Source: a virus. Taken from it: a stretch of DNA of 64,000 bases. The stretch lies in IMG/VR virus record IMGVR_UViG_3300005830_000045, positions 1 to 64,000 of that record; one strand, given 5' to 3'. The position numbers and the translations under genes are program-made. The notes beneath the pieces were generated by a model. It saw only the letters and a program-made list of their open reading frames with translations, ran no database searches and was not told the DNA's origin. Of the stretch, positions 28,513-37,486 are shown one piece after another (positions within the stretch are counted from its first letter, which is position 1; every line of letters begins with the position of its first letter).

Positions 28513-29513
28513 GTAAGATCACAAGCGTAAATAACGCAAACGTTCAAGGCGCAGAAGCCATTTACATTTTGAAGGCAACTCTCAAGACAGCGGGTTGGAC
28601 TGTTCCTCGTTCAAGCGATGGAACCACCTACAATGCTACTGGAGATGAAATCACGCAATCCGGCTCAGGCGCAAATGGCATGAATAATAGTCGCGCTTGG
28701 TTTGTGGTCCAAAGTCCAAACGGAGAACACCAGTGGTGCTTTCAAAGAGAAACGGACGACACAAACGAATGGCGCGTGAAAGTTTCCGCTCTTGATGGTT
28801 TTACAGGAGGAGCGCCAAGTGCAACTCAGGTTCCATCTGCTACGGACGAACAAATTTTGCATGGAAGCGGCACAGATGCTTCGCCTACAATGGAAGACTT
28901 GTTTACGGCGGCTGCTGTTCGATTCCACGTAATTGCTGAAAATGCCGCTGTTGGAACGGCAGTCCCTATTTATCCGTTTTGGGCTTTCGCGACAAACGGA
29001 TCAGGGCAAGTTGTAAACGGGATCATGCAAGAAGCAATGGACCCAAATACTTTTCCAGAGCTTTCTTCAGGCACAAGAGCTGCTCCGGTAACAGGAGACC
29101 CTGACCCGTGTATTTATATGTGTCATTACAGCTTATCAAATGACGCCTGGATTCACTCTACTTGGAGAAATGCGAATCACGTTTCGGCTTGGTATCGTAT
29201 GAATTATGTCGATGAATCATATGAATTCATGGATTTTGCTCACCTTTTATTCGCAAACGATCAAGGCACACCTCCAGACGCTGGTTATGGCTTTGGAAGC
29301 AATCCATATGATGGTTCCGATCAAGGTTTCCCGCTGTTTTGCGGAAGAGGATCAGGGATTTCCAATCCAGGTAAAAAAGGTTGGCTAAATCACTTGAAAA
29401 CCAAAGCAACCACGAGAAATTATCCAGACACAGTGAACCTCTCAAGTGGTGCAAAGGTTTATTTAGATGACTTCTTGGTGCCTTGGGAAGATGGAACTGC
29501 GCCTTTGATATAG
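28509..29513 (+). CDS. Putative tail/receptor-binding protein, paralog A
   Basis: LKTAGWTV..SSDG N-terminus; tandem paralog of the next gene. Confidence 0.6.
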   Translation: MSKITSVNNANVQGAEAIYILKATLKTAGWTVPRSSDGTTYNATGDEITQSGSGANGMNNSRAWFVVQSPNGEHQWCFQRETDDTNEWRVKVSALDGFTGGAPSATQVPSATDEQILHGSGTDASPTMEDLFTAAAVRFHVIAENAAVGTAVPIYPFWAFATNGSGQVVNGIMQEAMDPNTFPELSSGTRAAPVTGDPDPCIYMCHYSLSNDAWIHSTWRNANHVSAWYRMNYVDESYEFMDFAHLLFANDQGTPPDAGYGFGSNPYDGSDQGFPLFCGRGSGISNPGKKGWLNHLKTKATTRNYPDTVNLSSGAKVYLDDFLVPWEDGTAPLI

Positions 29514-30136
29514 AGGAATGAAATGGCAAAACAAAGTAGCGTAAACAACACAGGGGTTACTGGCGCAGAGGGTATCTACATTTTGAAGGAAACGCTCAAG
29601 TTGGCTGGGTGGACTGTTCCTCGTTCAAGTGATGGAACCACTTATAACGCTTCTGGAGATCAGATAACAAGTGGTGGCTCAGGCGCAAATGGAATGGCGA
29701 ATAGTCGCGCTTGGTTTGTGGTCCAAAGTCCAAACGGAGAACACCAGTGGTGTTTCCAAAGAGGAACAAGCAACAATACGTCTTGGCGCGTGAAAGTTTC
29801 CGCTCTTGATGGTTTTACAGGAGGAGCGCCAAGTGCAACTCAGGTTCCATCTGCTACGGACGAACGACTTTTGCATGGAAGTGGTACAGATGCTTCGCCT
29901 ACAACGGCAACTTTATTCCCAACAGATTCAACGTACCGATTTCACGTGATTGCTGAAAGCACAGCCGTTGGGACTGCGGTTCCTATTTATCCGTTTTGGT
30001 CATTTATCAACCCAACCGGAAGTCAATGGTGTCCCACTTTTATTTCGCAAGAAGCAATGGACCCAAATACTTTTCCAGAGCTTTCTTCAGGCACAAGAGC
30101 TGCTCCGGTAACAGGAGACCCTGACCCGTGTATTTA
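28686..30136 (+). repeat. Direct repeats between the paralogs: 28686-28738=29700-29752 (53 bp), 28770-28851=29784-29865 (82 bp), 29027-29116=30047-30136 (90 bp)
   Basis: Compared base by base; the blocks are identical. Confidence 0.9.
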
Positions 30137-30563
30137 CGTTTGTGATTACTACGGAGCAACTACTTTTGACGCTTATGCCTTATGGGTCAGCAACCTCTCA
30201 AGTGGATGGTCAAACGCTACTTCTCGTTGGAGTTATTGGCACAGAATGAATTACGGCGATGAAGCCTTTGTAGCCAACATTGCAGCAATTATTGACGCAA
30301 ATGGCTTGGGTGTTTTTGCTCCGCATGCACCCGCATATGGAACGCCCAGCAATCCTTATAACGGAGCAGACGAAGGCTTTCCAATCTTTACAGGCAGACC
30401 GCCAAATCTATCTCCAGTAGGTTTCAAAGGCGTCTGCAACCATTTGAAATTAGGCTCCAACAATAGGCTATATCCAGACACGGTGAATCTTTCCTCTGGG
30501 GCATACGTTTATTGTGGAGATTTGCTCGTGCCTTGGGAGGATGGAACTGCGCCTTTGCAGTAG
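29523..30563 (+). CDS. Putative tail/receptor-binding protein, paralog B
   Basis: Shares long identical blocks with paralog A, including C-terminal LVPWEDGTAPL. Confidence 0.6.
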   Translation: MAKQSSVNNTGVTGAEGIYILKETLKLAGWTVPRSSDGTTYNASGDQITSGGSGANGMANSRAWFVVQSPNGEHQWCFQRGTSNNTSWRVKVSALDGFTGGAPSATQVPSATDERLLHGSGTDASPTTATLFPTDSTYRFHVIAESTAVGTAVPIYPFWSFINPTGSQWCPTFISQEAMDPNTFPELSSGTRAAPVTGDPDPCIYVCDYYGATTFDAYALWVSNLSSGWSNATSRWSYWHRMNYGDEAFVANIAAIIDANGLGVFAPHAPAYGTPSNPYNGADEGFPIFTGRPPNLSPVGFKGVCNHLKLGSNNRLYPDTVNLSSGAYVYCGDLLVPWEDGTAPLQ

Positions 30564-30570
30564 GTAGAAC

Positions 30571-30849
30571 ATGGCCGATTACACAGGAACTTTTGTTGAC
30601 ATAGAAACATTTTCTGGCGTGGCCGACACTAAGGTTGGAGCGCTTGTTGAAGTGGAAACGTTGGAAGGTTTCTCTTATGCAGACGCAACAGCAACTCCTG
30701 ATATCATCCAAAGGATTTGGGACACAGGAGTTGGATGGTGTCAGTATACGCAAGAAACGTTCAATCCAACTCCTGCTTCCGGAGATACAGAGCCGAATCA
30801 TACCAATAATTTGGTCGCAGGAACTCATCAAAAACTAGGTGAATTTTGA
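30571..30849 (+). CDS. Small hypothetical tail protein
   Basis: SD and ATG; 92 aa; coupled to the next gene. Confidence 0.55.
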   Translation: MADYTGTFVDIETFSGVADTKVGALVEVETLEGFSYADATATPDIIQRIWDTGVGWCQYTQETFNPTPASGDTEPNHTNNLVAGTHQKLGEF

Positions 30850-32189
30850 TGGCAAATCAAGGACCAGGCGCTGGTTCGCTACCAGCAGGGGCAGGAGGGG
30901 CAGGAGGATCAGGTCCAAGCCCTATCGGCCCAGTAGCTGTAGGCGGTATTCTCGACACCGCTCTCAACCCACTGGCAAGCGGAAGCACAGCGTCTATGCT
31001 GGGTTATGTCGAAATTTCTGCCGATGATTTGCTTCAACTTCAAATGTACTTTTTTCTGATTGAGATAATCAGGATTGAAGACGCAAATAATGGTGACTTG
31101 TTTCTAAAAAGATTTCTTGAAGGACCGCAAACCGTTTGGGAAGATATTCAGGCCAAAATTTTCGCGATAAAGAATTTATGGTCAGTTTCAGACATTCCAG
31201 ATGAATATTTGAAATACTTGAAGAATATAGTTGGATGGACAGGGAAAAGAGAAAAAATAACAGACGCACTAAACAACGATACTTTGAGAAGGTTGATTGC
31301 AAATTCTGTAAACCTTTGGAAAAGTAGAGGGCCAGAAGAAACAATCACAAGTATCGTTACGTTGGTAACAGGGGCAAGAACACGCTCATGGAACTGGTTT
31401 GATTACCGTTGGGTCCAAGACGAAACAGGGCTTGGCCACGATATAAGCGGATATGACCCTTGGCTTCTTGAAATCGACAATGACCGCGAAATGAACGTGA
31501 GAATAATGGACCCTGATGGTTCTATCGACAGGGAACTTATCAAGAATCTGCTCAAATTAGTCAGGCCTTGCGGAGAAAGGTTTGAAATAACATATCTCAA
31601 CTTGATCGACATTTTCAATATTGACGGCGATGATACGCAGTGGGGCACGATAAACGACGCTGGAAGCGATTCAACAACTTTCACAGTTGCAAGCGGTTCC
31701 GGAACACTTACAGATTTGACGCATAGAGAAGAAATCTATTCCAATATTGACGGAGCTGATTCTTGGTCTCAGTACATGTTTTCTGCACGTTTGAGAGGCG
31801 AGGATCATTTTGGCATAACTTTTTACAGAGCGAATGAAAATAATTATTATGTCTTTCGTCTCAACACTACTGGTGTTGCGGATAACTTTGAACTTATCAA
31901 AAGGGTTGCTGGAGTAGAAAGTACGATTGCAAGTTCACCCGTTCCAGCCGGATATATCGTTGACCCTCTGCTGTATTACATGTTTAGGGTGACGACGGCT
32001 GTCGAAGGAACAGCGACAAGGATTCAGTGCTATATAGATGGTGTTGAAATCTTCAGCGCTTTAGACAGCCAATTCGCGCAAGGAACTGTTGGGGTCATTC
32101 ACGGTGTCGGCGGTGCAAGTGTCGAGGTTGACGAAATAGAAGTTATGAGTCTGCCAGCGGACAGCGATTGTGTCGACATCAACAGTTGA
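30846..32189 (+). CDS. Baseplate wedge / tail protein I-like with C-terminal lectin-like beta-sandwich
   Basis: IPDEYLKYL..VGW..RRLI..LWKSRG; C-terminal NNYY.F..CYIDG..GTVG. Confidence 0.75.
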   Translation: MMANQGPGAGSLPAGAGGAGGSGPSPIGPVAVGGILDTALNPLASGSTASMLGYVEISADDLLQLQMYFFLIEIIRIEDANNGDLFLKRFLEGPQTVWEDIQAKIFAIKNLWSVSDIPDEYLKYLKNIVGWTGKREKITDALNNDTLRRLIANSVNLWKSRGPEETITSIVTLVTGARTRSWNWFDYRWVQDETGLGHDISGYDPWLLEIDNDREMNVRIMDPDGSIDRELIKNLLKLVRPCGERFEITYLNLIDIFNIDGDDTQWGTINDAGSDSTTFTVASGSGTLTDLTHREEIYSNIDGADSWSQYMFSARLRGEDHFGITFYRANENNYYVFRLNTTGVADNFELIKRVAGVESTIASSPVPAGYIVDPLLYYMFRVTTAVEGTATRIQCYIDGVEIFSALDSQFAQGTVGVIHGVGGASVEVDEIEVMSLPADSDCVDINS

Positions 32190-32195
32190 GGAAAC

Positions 32196-34943
32196 ATGAG
32201 CACCGGAAAAACTTTCACAAATTTCGTGTTCAAAAGGCTACTTGCCGCTGAAGATTTCAGCACCAGGTTTCTTTACTTTCTGCTCGACAGCTTCAGAGAA
32301 GTTGTCGTAAGAGTTTTTGACGCTGACGGCATATTCGATGCAAAGATAACGTTTGCCGGATCAGCTTCAAATACGGTCACATTTGCGCAAGGTGCTCCTG
32401 GTGACTTCCGAGGAACAGACGGATTGGGAAACATTTTAGGCCTTGGAGAGTCAGGCAGCGAAGATGAGAGCATTGGCCAAATAAAGGTTGTTGTCTTTGA
32501 AAACACGAACGCTGTTGATTATCATTTCTCTTTGGAATACGCGACAAGGCCCAAAGGGATCCAAATAAATCCTCGAAATGGAAGGCCAGAGTACACTGAA
32601 ATTGTCCAGTCTATTGGGAAAAGCGCAGCGCCAAACTCAATCGTGGACAATGGAAGTAATTTGACTTTGGTGATTGATTCTGTCTGCGAAACTTCTCATT
32701 CTCATGCTGGAAGAAAGGCGATAATTTATCTCAACACTCCAGACAAAAACGCAATAACGGAAACGATTGCAATCGAAGAGTGCACAGTGACTTGGAACGG
32801 GGTGAATAATAGAATCACGACCGCAGCCTTGCTCGGGCAAAACTCTCCATCCACCACGCCTGGAGATTACACCGTTATGCTTTTGGGACCTAGTGTCCGC
32901 AAGGTAAATACTGTCGCTGTTTCCGGGCACATATATCTTGGAAATATCACCGGCAATGGCGGTGTTCCTGGAGCTGGAGATAACAGCAGCCAGAATTTGA
33001 TTGATAGTTCATTGTCTACACTTCTTTTGTATCCAGGCGGATCAAATTGGGCAGACGGAACATCTAACCCGGCAACGACTATCATTGATCAGCTCGATAA
33101 GATAGTGGCAGACCTCACGTCAACAAGTGGTGGCAGAGGATTGGCAAAGTTGACCGCCGCTGCTCGATCAAATTGGCACGACGGAACGACAAACCCGACA
33201 ACGATTGCTTCCACTGCTTTGAACAAGATAATTACAGACCTTGTGAATAATAGCGGATCAGACAGGATAGGCTCTGCCCAACTAACAAACGCTTGGTTGG
33301 ATACAGATATAATTGCAGCCGGGTCAATCAAGGATCAATTGGAAGAAGTTGTTGGGGACTTGACTTCAACTTCTGGAGATAGAGGGGCAGGGAAGATCAC
33401 AAATCCTGCTCGGGCATCTTGGGCAGACGGAACGGCAAATGCGGCCGCAAGCGTTTCCGCTGCAATCGCAAAGATTGTGACGGATTTGACTTCAACCACT
33501 GGAGACAGAGGACTTGGAAAGATAACAGCGCCTGCAAGGAGCAATTGGTACGATGGAACGACAAATGTTGCTGCAAATGCAGATGATGCTTTGGACAAGA
33601 TTATCACAGACCTCACGACAACTCTTGGAAATAGAGGCGCAGACAAGATTTCAGCAGAGATAAACGTCAATTGGCACGACGGCCATAGTTTTGCTTCTGG
33701 AAGCATTCACGATTTGCTTGCGGCGATAGTCACAGACCTTTCCGCTGATGGCTTTGGTTCTGATCGCATTGATAGCGAAGAAATAGGAAACAACATTGTT
33801 GCCGGTTTTACGAGTGATGTCTTTGTCGTTTCTGCTGGTTCCATCAAGGATCAACTTCAAGAAATTATAAATGAGTTGACGTCTCCTACGGCAGTTGCTT
33901 TTTACGCTGCGAGGAATTACAATGTCATTGAAACAGTCCTTGGCTCCTCTTTTACAATCAGAAGTTTTTTCCCAAACAATTCAAGCGGATCAATTGGTTG
34001 GGAAAACGCATGGTATGCCGTTGGAGATGATGGCGCTGGTACAGTTTCAAATATTCGATACGCACAAAAACATCTTGGTGATACTTGGACCACAGGGCCT
34101 GCTTGGAATGGGACATTTGTGGATATTGTTGATGTCGTGGCTATGGGCGGTTCGCAAGACCGTGTAATTGCAATGGGGCACGATTCAACCGGAGTGCTAT
34201 TGAATTACACAGACGACGACATGGGCGGGGTTTTCTCTAGTTCAAGTCCAAGCGGCAGAAGCGATTTGACAGGGAAAGCTTTACACCTTTGGAGTGCAAG
34301 AACTTATCTTGGAAGCAATCAGAACGTTGCCGGAACAGGGGATGTCATTCTTTACACCGATGATATTTCAGGCGGATGGGCGGTTCCAACTACAATTCCA
34401 TCGACATGTCGCGGCATTTATGCCTTCGCCCATAGCACTGCCAACGATTATGTTGTAGCAGGTGGCATAGATAGTTCAGGCAAAATTATGTTTCTTCGTT
34501 CTGCTGTTGGATCTCCAGAGACATGGACTGATGTCACGCCTGCATCTCCTCAAACTGGTAGGGTGTATGACCTTGTGTATGATTGGAAAAGGAGTGTGTA
34601 TTGGGCTTTGGCGACAAATGGGGAGATTTATCGCTCTGATTCAGTTGGACAGAATTGGGTAAAAAAGGCTAATGGATTGAATGGAACTTTTGGGTATATG
34701 GCCATAGACAGCCATGGCATTCTTGTTTTTAGCGATAGCACACTATCTCAACTTTTTGGCGTCACAAGAGATGTTGTGAATTATGACGAAATATCAATAG
34801 GAGAAGAAACACATTGGAGTAATGGTTACAAAAAAGTAAGAAATTATCGCGGAAAGTTTATTTGTGCATCTGGAAATGATCTCTTGGTCAGCGGGACGTT
34901 TGTGTTCGGTGAAAGCTCATTGCGATATATAGGTTCTGAATAA
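32196..34943 (+). CDS. Tail fibre with ~42-aa repeats and C-terminal BNR-like beta-propeller
   Basis: Repeats of W.DGT.N......L.KI..DL....G..G..KI; C-terminal YRSDSVGQNW and similar Asp-box-like motifs. Confidence 0.7.
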   Translation: MSTGKTFTNFVFKRLLAAEDFSTRFLYFLLDSFREVVVRVFDADGIFDAKITFAGSASNTVTFAQGAPGDFRGTDGLGNILGLGESGSEDESIGQIKVVVFENTNAVDYHFSLEYATRPKGIQINPRNGRPEYTEIVQSIGKSAAPNSIVDNGSNLTLVIDSVCETSHSHAGRKAIIYLNTPDKNAITETIAIEECTVTWNGVNNRITTAALLGQNSPSTTPGDYTVMLLGPSVRKVNTVAVSGHIYLGNITGNGGVPGAGDNSSQNLIDSSLSTLLLYPGGSNWADGTSNPATTIIDQLDKIVADLTSTSGGRGLAKLTAAARSNWHDGTTNPTTIASTALNKIITDLVNNSGSDRIGSAQLTNAWLDTDIIAAGSIKDQLEEVVGDLTSTSGDRGAGKITNPARASWADGTANAAASVSAAIAKIVTDLTSTTGDRGLGKITAPARSNWYDGTTNVAANADDALDKIITDLTTTLGNRGADKISAEINVNWHDGHSFASGSIHDLLAAIVTDLSADGFGSDRIDSEEIGNNIVAGFTSDVFVVSAGSIKDQLQEIINELTSPTAVAFYAARNYNVIETVLGSSFTIRSFFPNNSSGSIGWENAWYAVGDDGAGTVSNIRYAQKHLGDTWTTGPAWNGTFVDIVDVVAMGGSQDRVIAMGHDSTGVLLNYTDDDMGGVFSSSSPSGRSDLTGKALHLWSARTYLGSNQNVAGTGDVILYTDDISGGWAVPTTIPSTCRGIYAFAHSTANDYVVAGGIDSSGKIMFLRSAVGSPETWTDVTPASPQTGRVYDLVYDWKRSVYWALATNGEIYRSDSVGQNWVKKANGLNGTFGYMAIDSHGILVFSDSTLSQLFGVTRDVVNYDEISIGEETHWSNGYKKVRNYRGKFICASGNDLLVSGTFVFGESSLRYIGSE

Positions 34944-34954
34944 AAGGCAAAACA

Positions 34955-35617
34955 ATGCCAATAGACGAAAAACCGAAACACACACCAATACCCACTTCAG
35001 AGTTCAATCTTCTCACAAGGAATGTTGCTGAAATAACAATCGGTGTAAAATCAATTACAGAGCATATTCTTCCGCCTATTGCCAAAGACGCAAGAAAAGC
35101 TTCCGATTCAGTAATCAAACTTACAAGTTGGAATAAAGAAATAGACAATCGAATAAGTAAGATTGAAAACGGACAAATCATCCACAATTGCCCATATGAA
35201 GAAGAAATAAATAAACACGACACAAGATTGGAAGACTACGGCAAAGCGATAACAGCACAAGAAAAGGACGTTGCTGGTCTTTCTCGTTGGAGAACATATA
35301 TTGCCTCAATCACAATCCCACTTGCTCTTGTCGCTTTGAGCACTGCTGGAAAAGCTATCGCAGACGCCGCAACGGCTCAAGCTGAACGAGACGCACAAAG
35401 CGAAATCACCACCCGACATGAAAAAGAAATAGATGCTTTGGAGGCGGCAAGAGAAAGAGACAGACAGATTATCACCCAACAGATCAAGGCAATACCGATA
35501 GCTGTGAAAACAGCCGTTGAAAAAAGCCCAACAATCGTAGATTTGAAGGTAAAGTTGACGCCTAGATCACAAAAACGTCTTGAGTTGCTTCTCGATGAAG
35601 CTGATATTGAGATGTAA
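34955..35617 (+). CDS. Coiled-coil membrane protein (holin-associated?)
   Basis: One hydrophobic segment (YIASITIPLALVAL) flanked by coiled coils. Confidence 0.5.
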   Translation: MPIDEKPKHTPIPTSEFNLLTRNVAEITIGVKSITEHILPPIAKDARKASDSVIKLTSWNKEIDNRISKIENGQIIHNCPYEEEINKHDTRLEDYGKAITAQEKDVAGLSRWRTYIASITIPLALVALSTAGKAIADAATAQAERDAQSEITTRHEKEIDALEAARERDRQIITQQIKAIPIAVKTAVEKSPTIVDLKVKLTPRSQKRLELLLDEADIEM

Positions 35618-35629
35618 ACAGGAGGAGTC

Positions 35630-36010
35630 ATGGATTCTATGGTACAAGCTTTTACAAGCTGGCTTTCATTTGGTCCTAATATCGCAGCAATAATTGTGAT
35701 AGGAATGATTTGTGAAATTATCAGACGCCTTGTTCTTGGGCCTCGAAAAGAACGAAAAAACGGGGAACCTTACACAGGCTGGAGAGAAGTTTACAACACA
35801 CTTTACAAGGCGCAAGCTATTCTGTTTGGAGCGCTCATTGGTCTCATTCCGGGCATGCCTATTCCAGAGTCTTTTCATGGCGACGGTGTTGGAGGCGCAA
35901 TCCTCAATTACGCTGGCAATGGGGCAGCTTCGATGCTCGTTTACACACTTCTAGTCAGCAACGCCAAGTCATACATTGACAATCTGAAGTTGAAAAACGG
36001 CCAAATATGA
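35630..36010 (+). CDS. Putative holin
   Basis: 126 aa, three hydrophobic segments, basic C-terminus. Confidence 0.55.
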   Translation: MDSMVQAFTSWLSFGPNIAAIIVIGMICEIIRRLVLGPRKERKNGEPYTGWREVYNTLYKAQAILFGALIGLIPGMPIPESFHGDGVGGAILNYAGNGAASMLVYTLLVSNAKSYIDNLKLKNGQI

Positions 36011-36357
36011 TTATCCTCACGACAATTTGGGGCTGGATCAAGAAGTATCCATGGGCATTGATCGTGGCACTCGCTGGAATTATAGGCGCAACAGCGCTCC
36101 TGCTTTCCCGGACAAATAACGTTTCATCCCTCGATGATGCCATCCAGGTGCGAGCTGCTGTGCGAGAAATCGCCAGAAAAGAAGCACGAGCGAAAACACT
36201 CGAACAACAGGCTGACGCTGATTCCGTTGAAGTGGAAGCGTTGAAACGTGAAGTTGTTGCTTCCAAGAAACGTGTGATGGAGATACACAATGCTAAGTCA
36301 TTGGACGGCAAAACTGACGCTGACATTGCTCGCCTTTTCGCTGACGCTGGTTTCTGA
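36007..36357 (+). CDS. Putative inner-membrane spanin (Rz-like)
   Basis: N-terminal TM plus coiled coil; overlaps the next gene. Confidence 0.45.
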   Translation: MIILTTIWGWIKKYPWALIVALAGIIGATALLLSRTNNVSSLDDAIQVRAAVREIARKEARAKTLEQQADADSVEVEALKREVVASKKRVMEIHNAKSLDGKTDADIARLFADAGF

Positions 36358-36763
36358 CAGGCTGGCTACAGCTGAATGTGTTGAAGCGCAGAACGCCACA
36401 CCAGAATCCACGTGCGTCGTAATGATGCGCGAGGGTGTGCGAGGAGTGTGGTTTTCTCTTGGTGAGGCCGACAACATCAGGAGGATGAGGTTGGAGCTTC
36501 CGGAACTGCGCCTTCAAAATGCAAGCCTTGAAAGGGCACTTCGGATTTCGGAAAGCAGAATTGTAGCATACCAAGAAGCAAATACATTGAGGCAAGAAGC
36601 GTTGATTGCGCTTCAAGCTCGATTTGACGAAAGCCTTGAAAGGGAAACACAGCTCAGACAACAACTTGGGGTTTGGTATAGGTCACCATCATTATGGTTG
36701 TCCGTTGGGATGGTTCTTACAACTGTTGCCTATATAGCTGTAATGGTTGCAGTATCAGACTAA
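36290..36763 (+). CDS. Spanin-like partner (signal peptide, coiled coil, C-terminal TM)
   Basis: Overlapping Rz/Rz1-like arrangement; no canonical lipobox. Confidence 0.4.
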   Translation: MLSHWTAKLTLTLLAFSLTLVSDRLATAECVEAQNATPESTCVVMMREGVRGVWFSLGEADNIRRMRLELPELRLQNASLERALRISESRIVAYQEANTLRQEALIALQARFDESLERETQLRQQLGVWYRSPSLWLSVGMVLTTVAYIAVMVAVSD

Positions 36764-36773
36764 GGAGGAAACT

Positions 36774-37328
36774 ATGGACGAGAAAGTTGGAAAAGTAGGT
36801 AACTGGATATTATTCGCTTTTTGCCTTCCATATCTTTGTTTGGTGAGTTACTTCGTTGTTGCTTTGTCGGTTGTGTTGTTTCTCGCAAAGAAACCTCAAA
36901 TGCTTCCATACGGCATACTTATCGCCCAATGGAGACCATGGTGGGGCAAGATTTGGAAATACAGCACAACTTTCGGGAGATCAATCATATACCATCCAAA
37001 TGTAGTGGACGAGGAAACAGGCAAGATAATTTCCACAACAGAAGCACACGAGATGATTCACGTACGGCAGGCTGAAGACCGAATTGTGCTCGCTTTCTTC
37101 GTTGGCCTCGTTGTGTTCCTCGTGACCGGAAACTGGATATTAGGTCTTGCGCTTTGGGCTTCAGGTGGATTCTGGCAACTTCCAAACTTTTTGACAGCGC
37201 TACTTCGTGGCGGTCACGTTTATCGTGATGCAGAGCACGAGCGTTCCGCCTATTCTCAAACCTCACGAAGTTGGAATGCTAAAGAGTCTTGGCTAGAAGT
37301 GCACCTCCAAAATCCTCGCGATTGGTAA
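36774..37328 (+). CDS. Membrane protein with HExxH zinc-metallopeptidase motif
   Basis: AHEMIHVRQ...YRDAEHERSAY; TM segments; AGGAGG SD. Confidence 0.65.
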   Translation: MDEKVGKVGNWILFAFCLPYLCLVSYFVVALSVVLFLAKKPQMLPYGILIAQWRPWWGKIWKYSTTFGRSIIYHPNVVDEETGKIISTTEAHEMIHVRQAEDRIVLAFFVGLVVFLVTGNWILGLALWASGGFWQLPNFLTALLRGGHVYRDAEHERSAYSQTSRSWNAKESWLEVHLQNPRDW

Positions 37329-37452
37329 TCGCGTACAAATGTTAATATTATTGACTTTTTTGACACACAAGTGTTTCGTCTTGTAATTTATTGGGTCCAA
37401 GAAACGCCACTCCATATTCATTCAAGAATCCACTTATCGCCTCTAATTCATC

Positions 37453-37481
37453 TTGACTACTGTTTTGATCATATCTATAAA
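37453..37481 (+). promoter_or_regulatory. Sigma70-type promoter at the start of the replication module
   Basis: TTGACT-N17-TATAAA. Confidence 0.65.
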
Positions 37482-37486
37482 AGAAT

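Noticed and set aside
28509-30563. Diversity-generating retroelement TR/VR pair or CRISPR array
   Set aside because: Differences are not adenine-specific, both copies are intact genes, no reverse transcriptase is seen, and there is no repeat-spacer periodicity.
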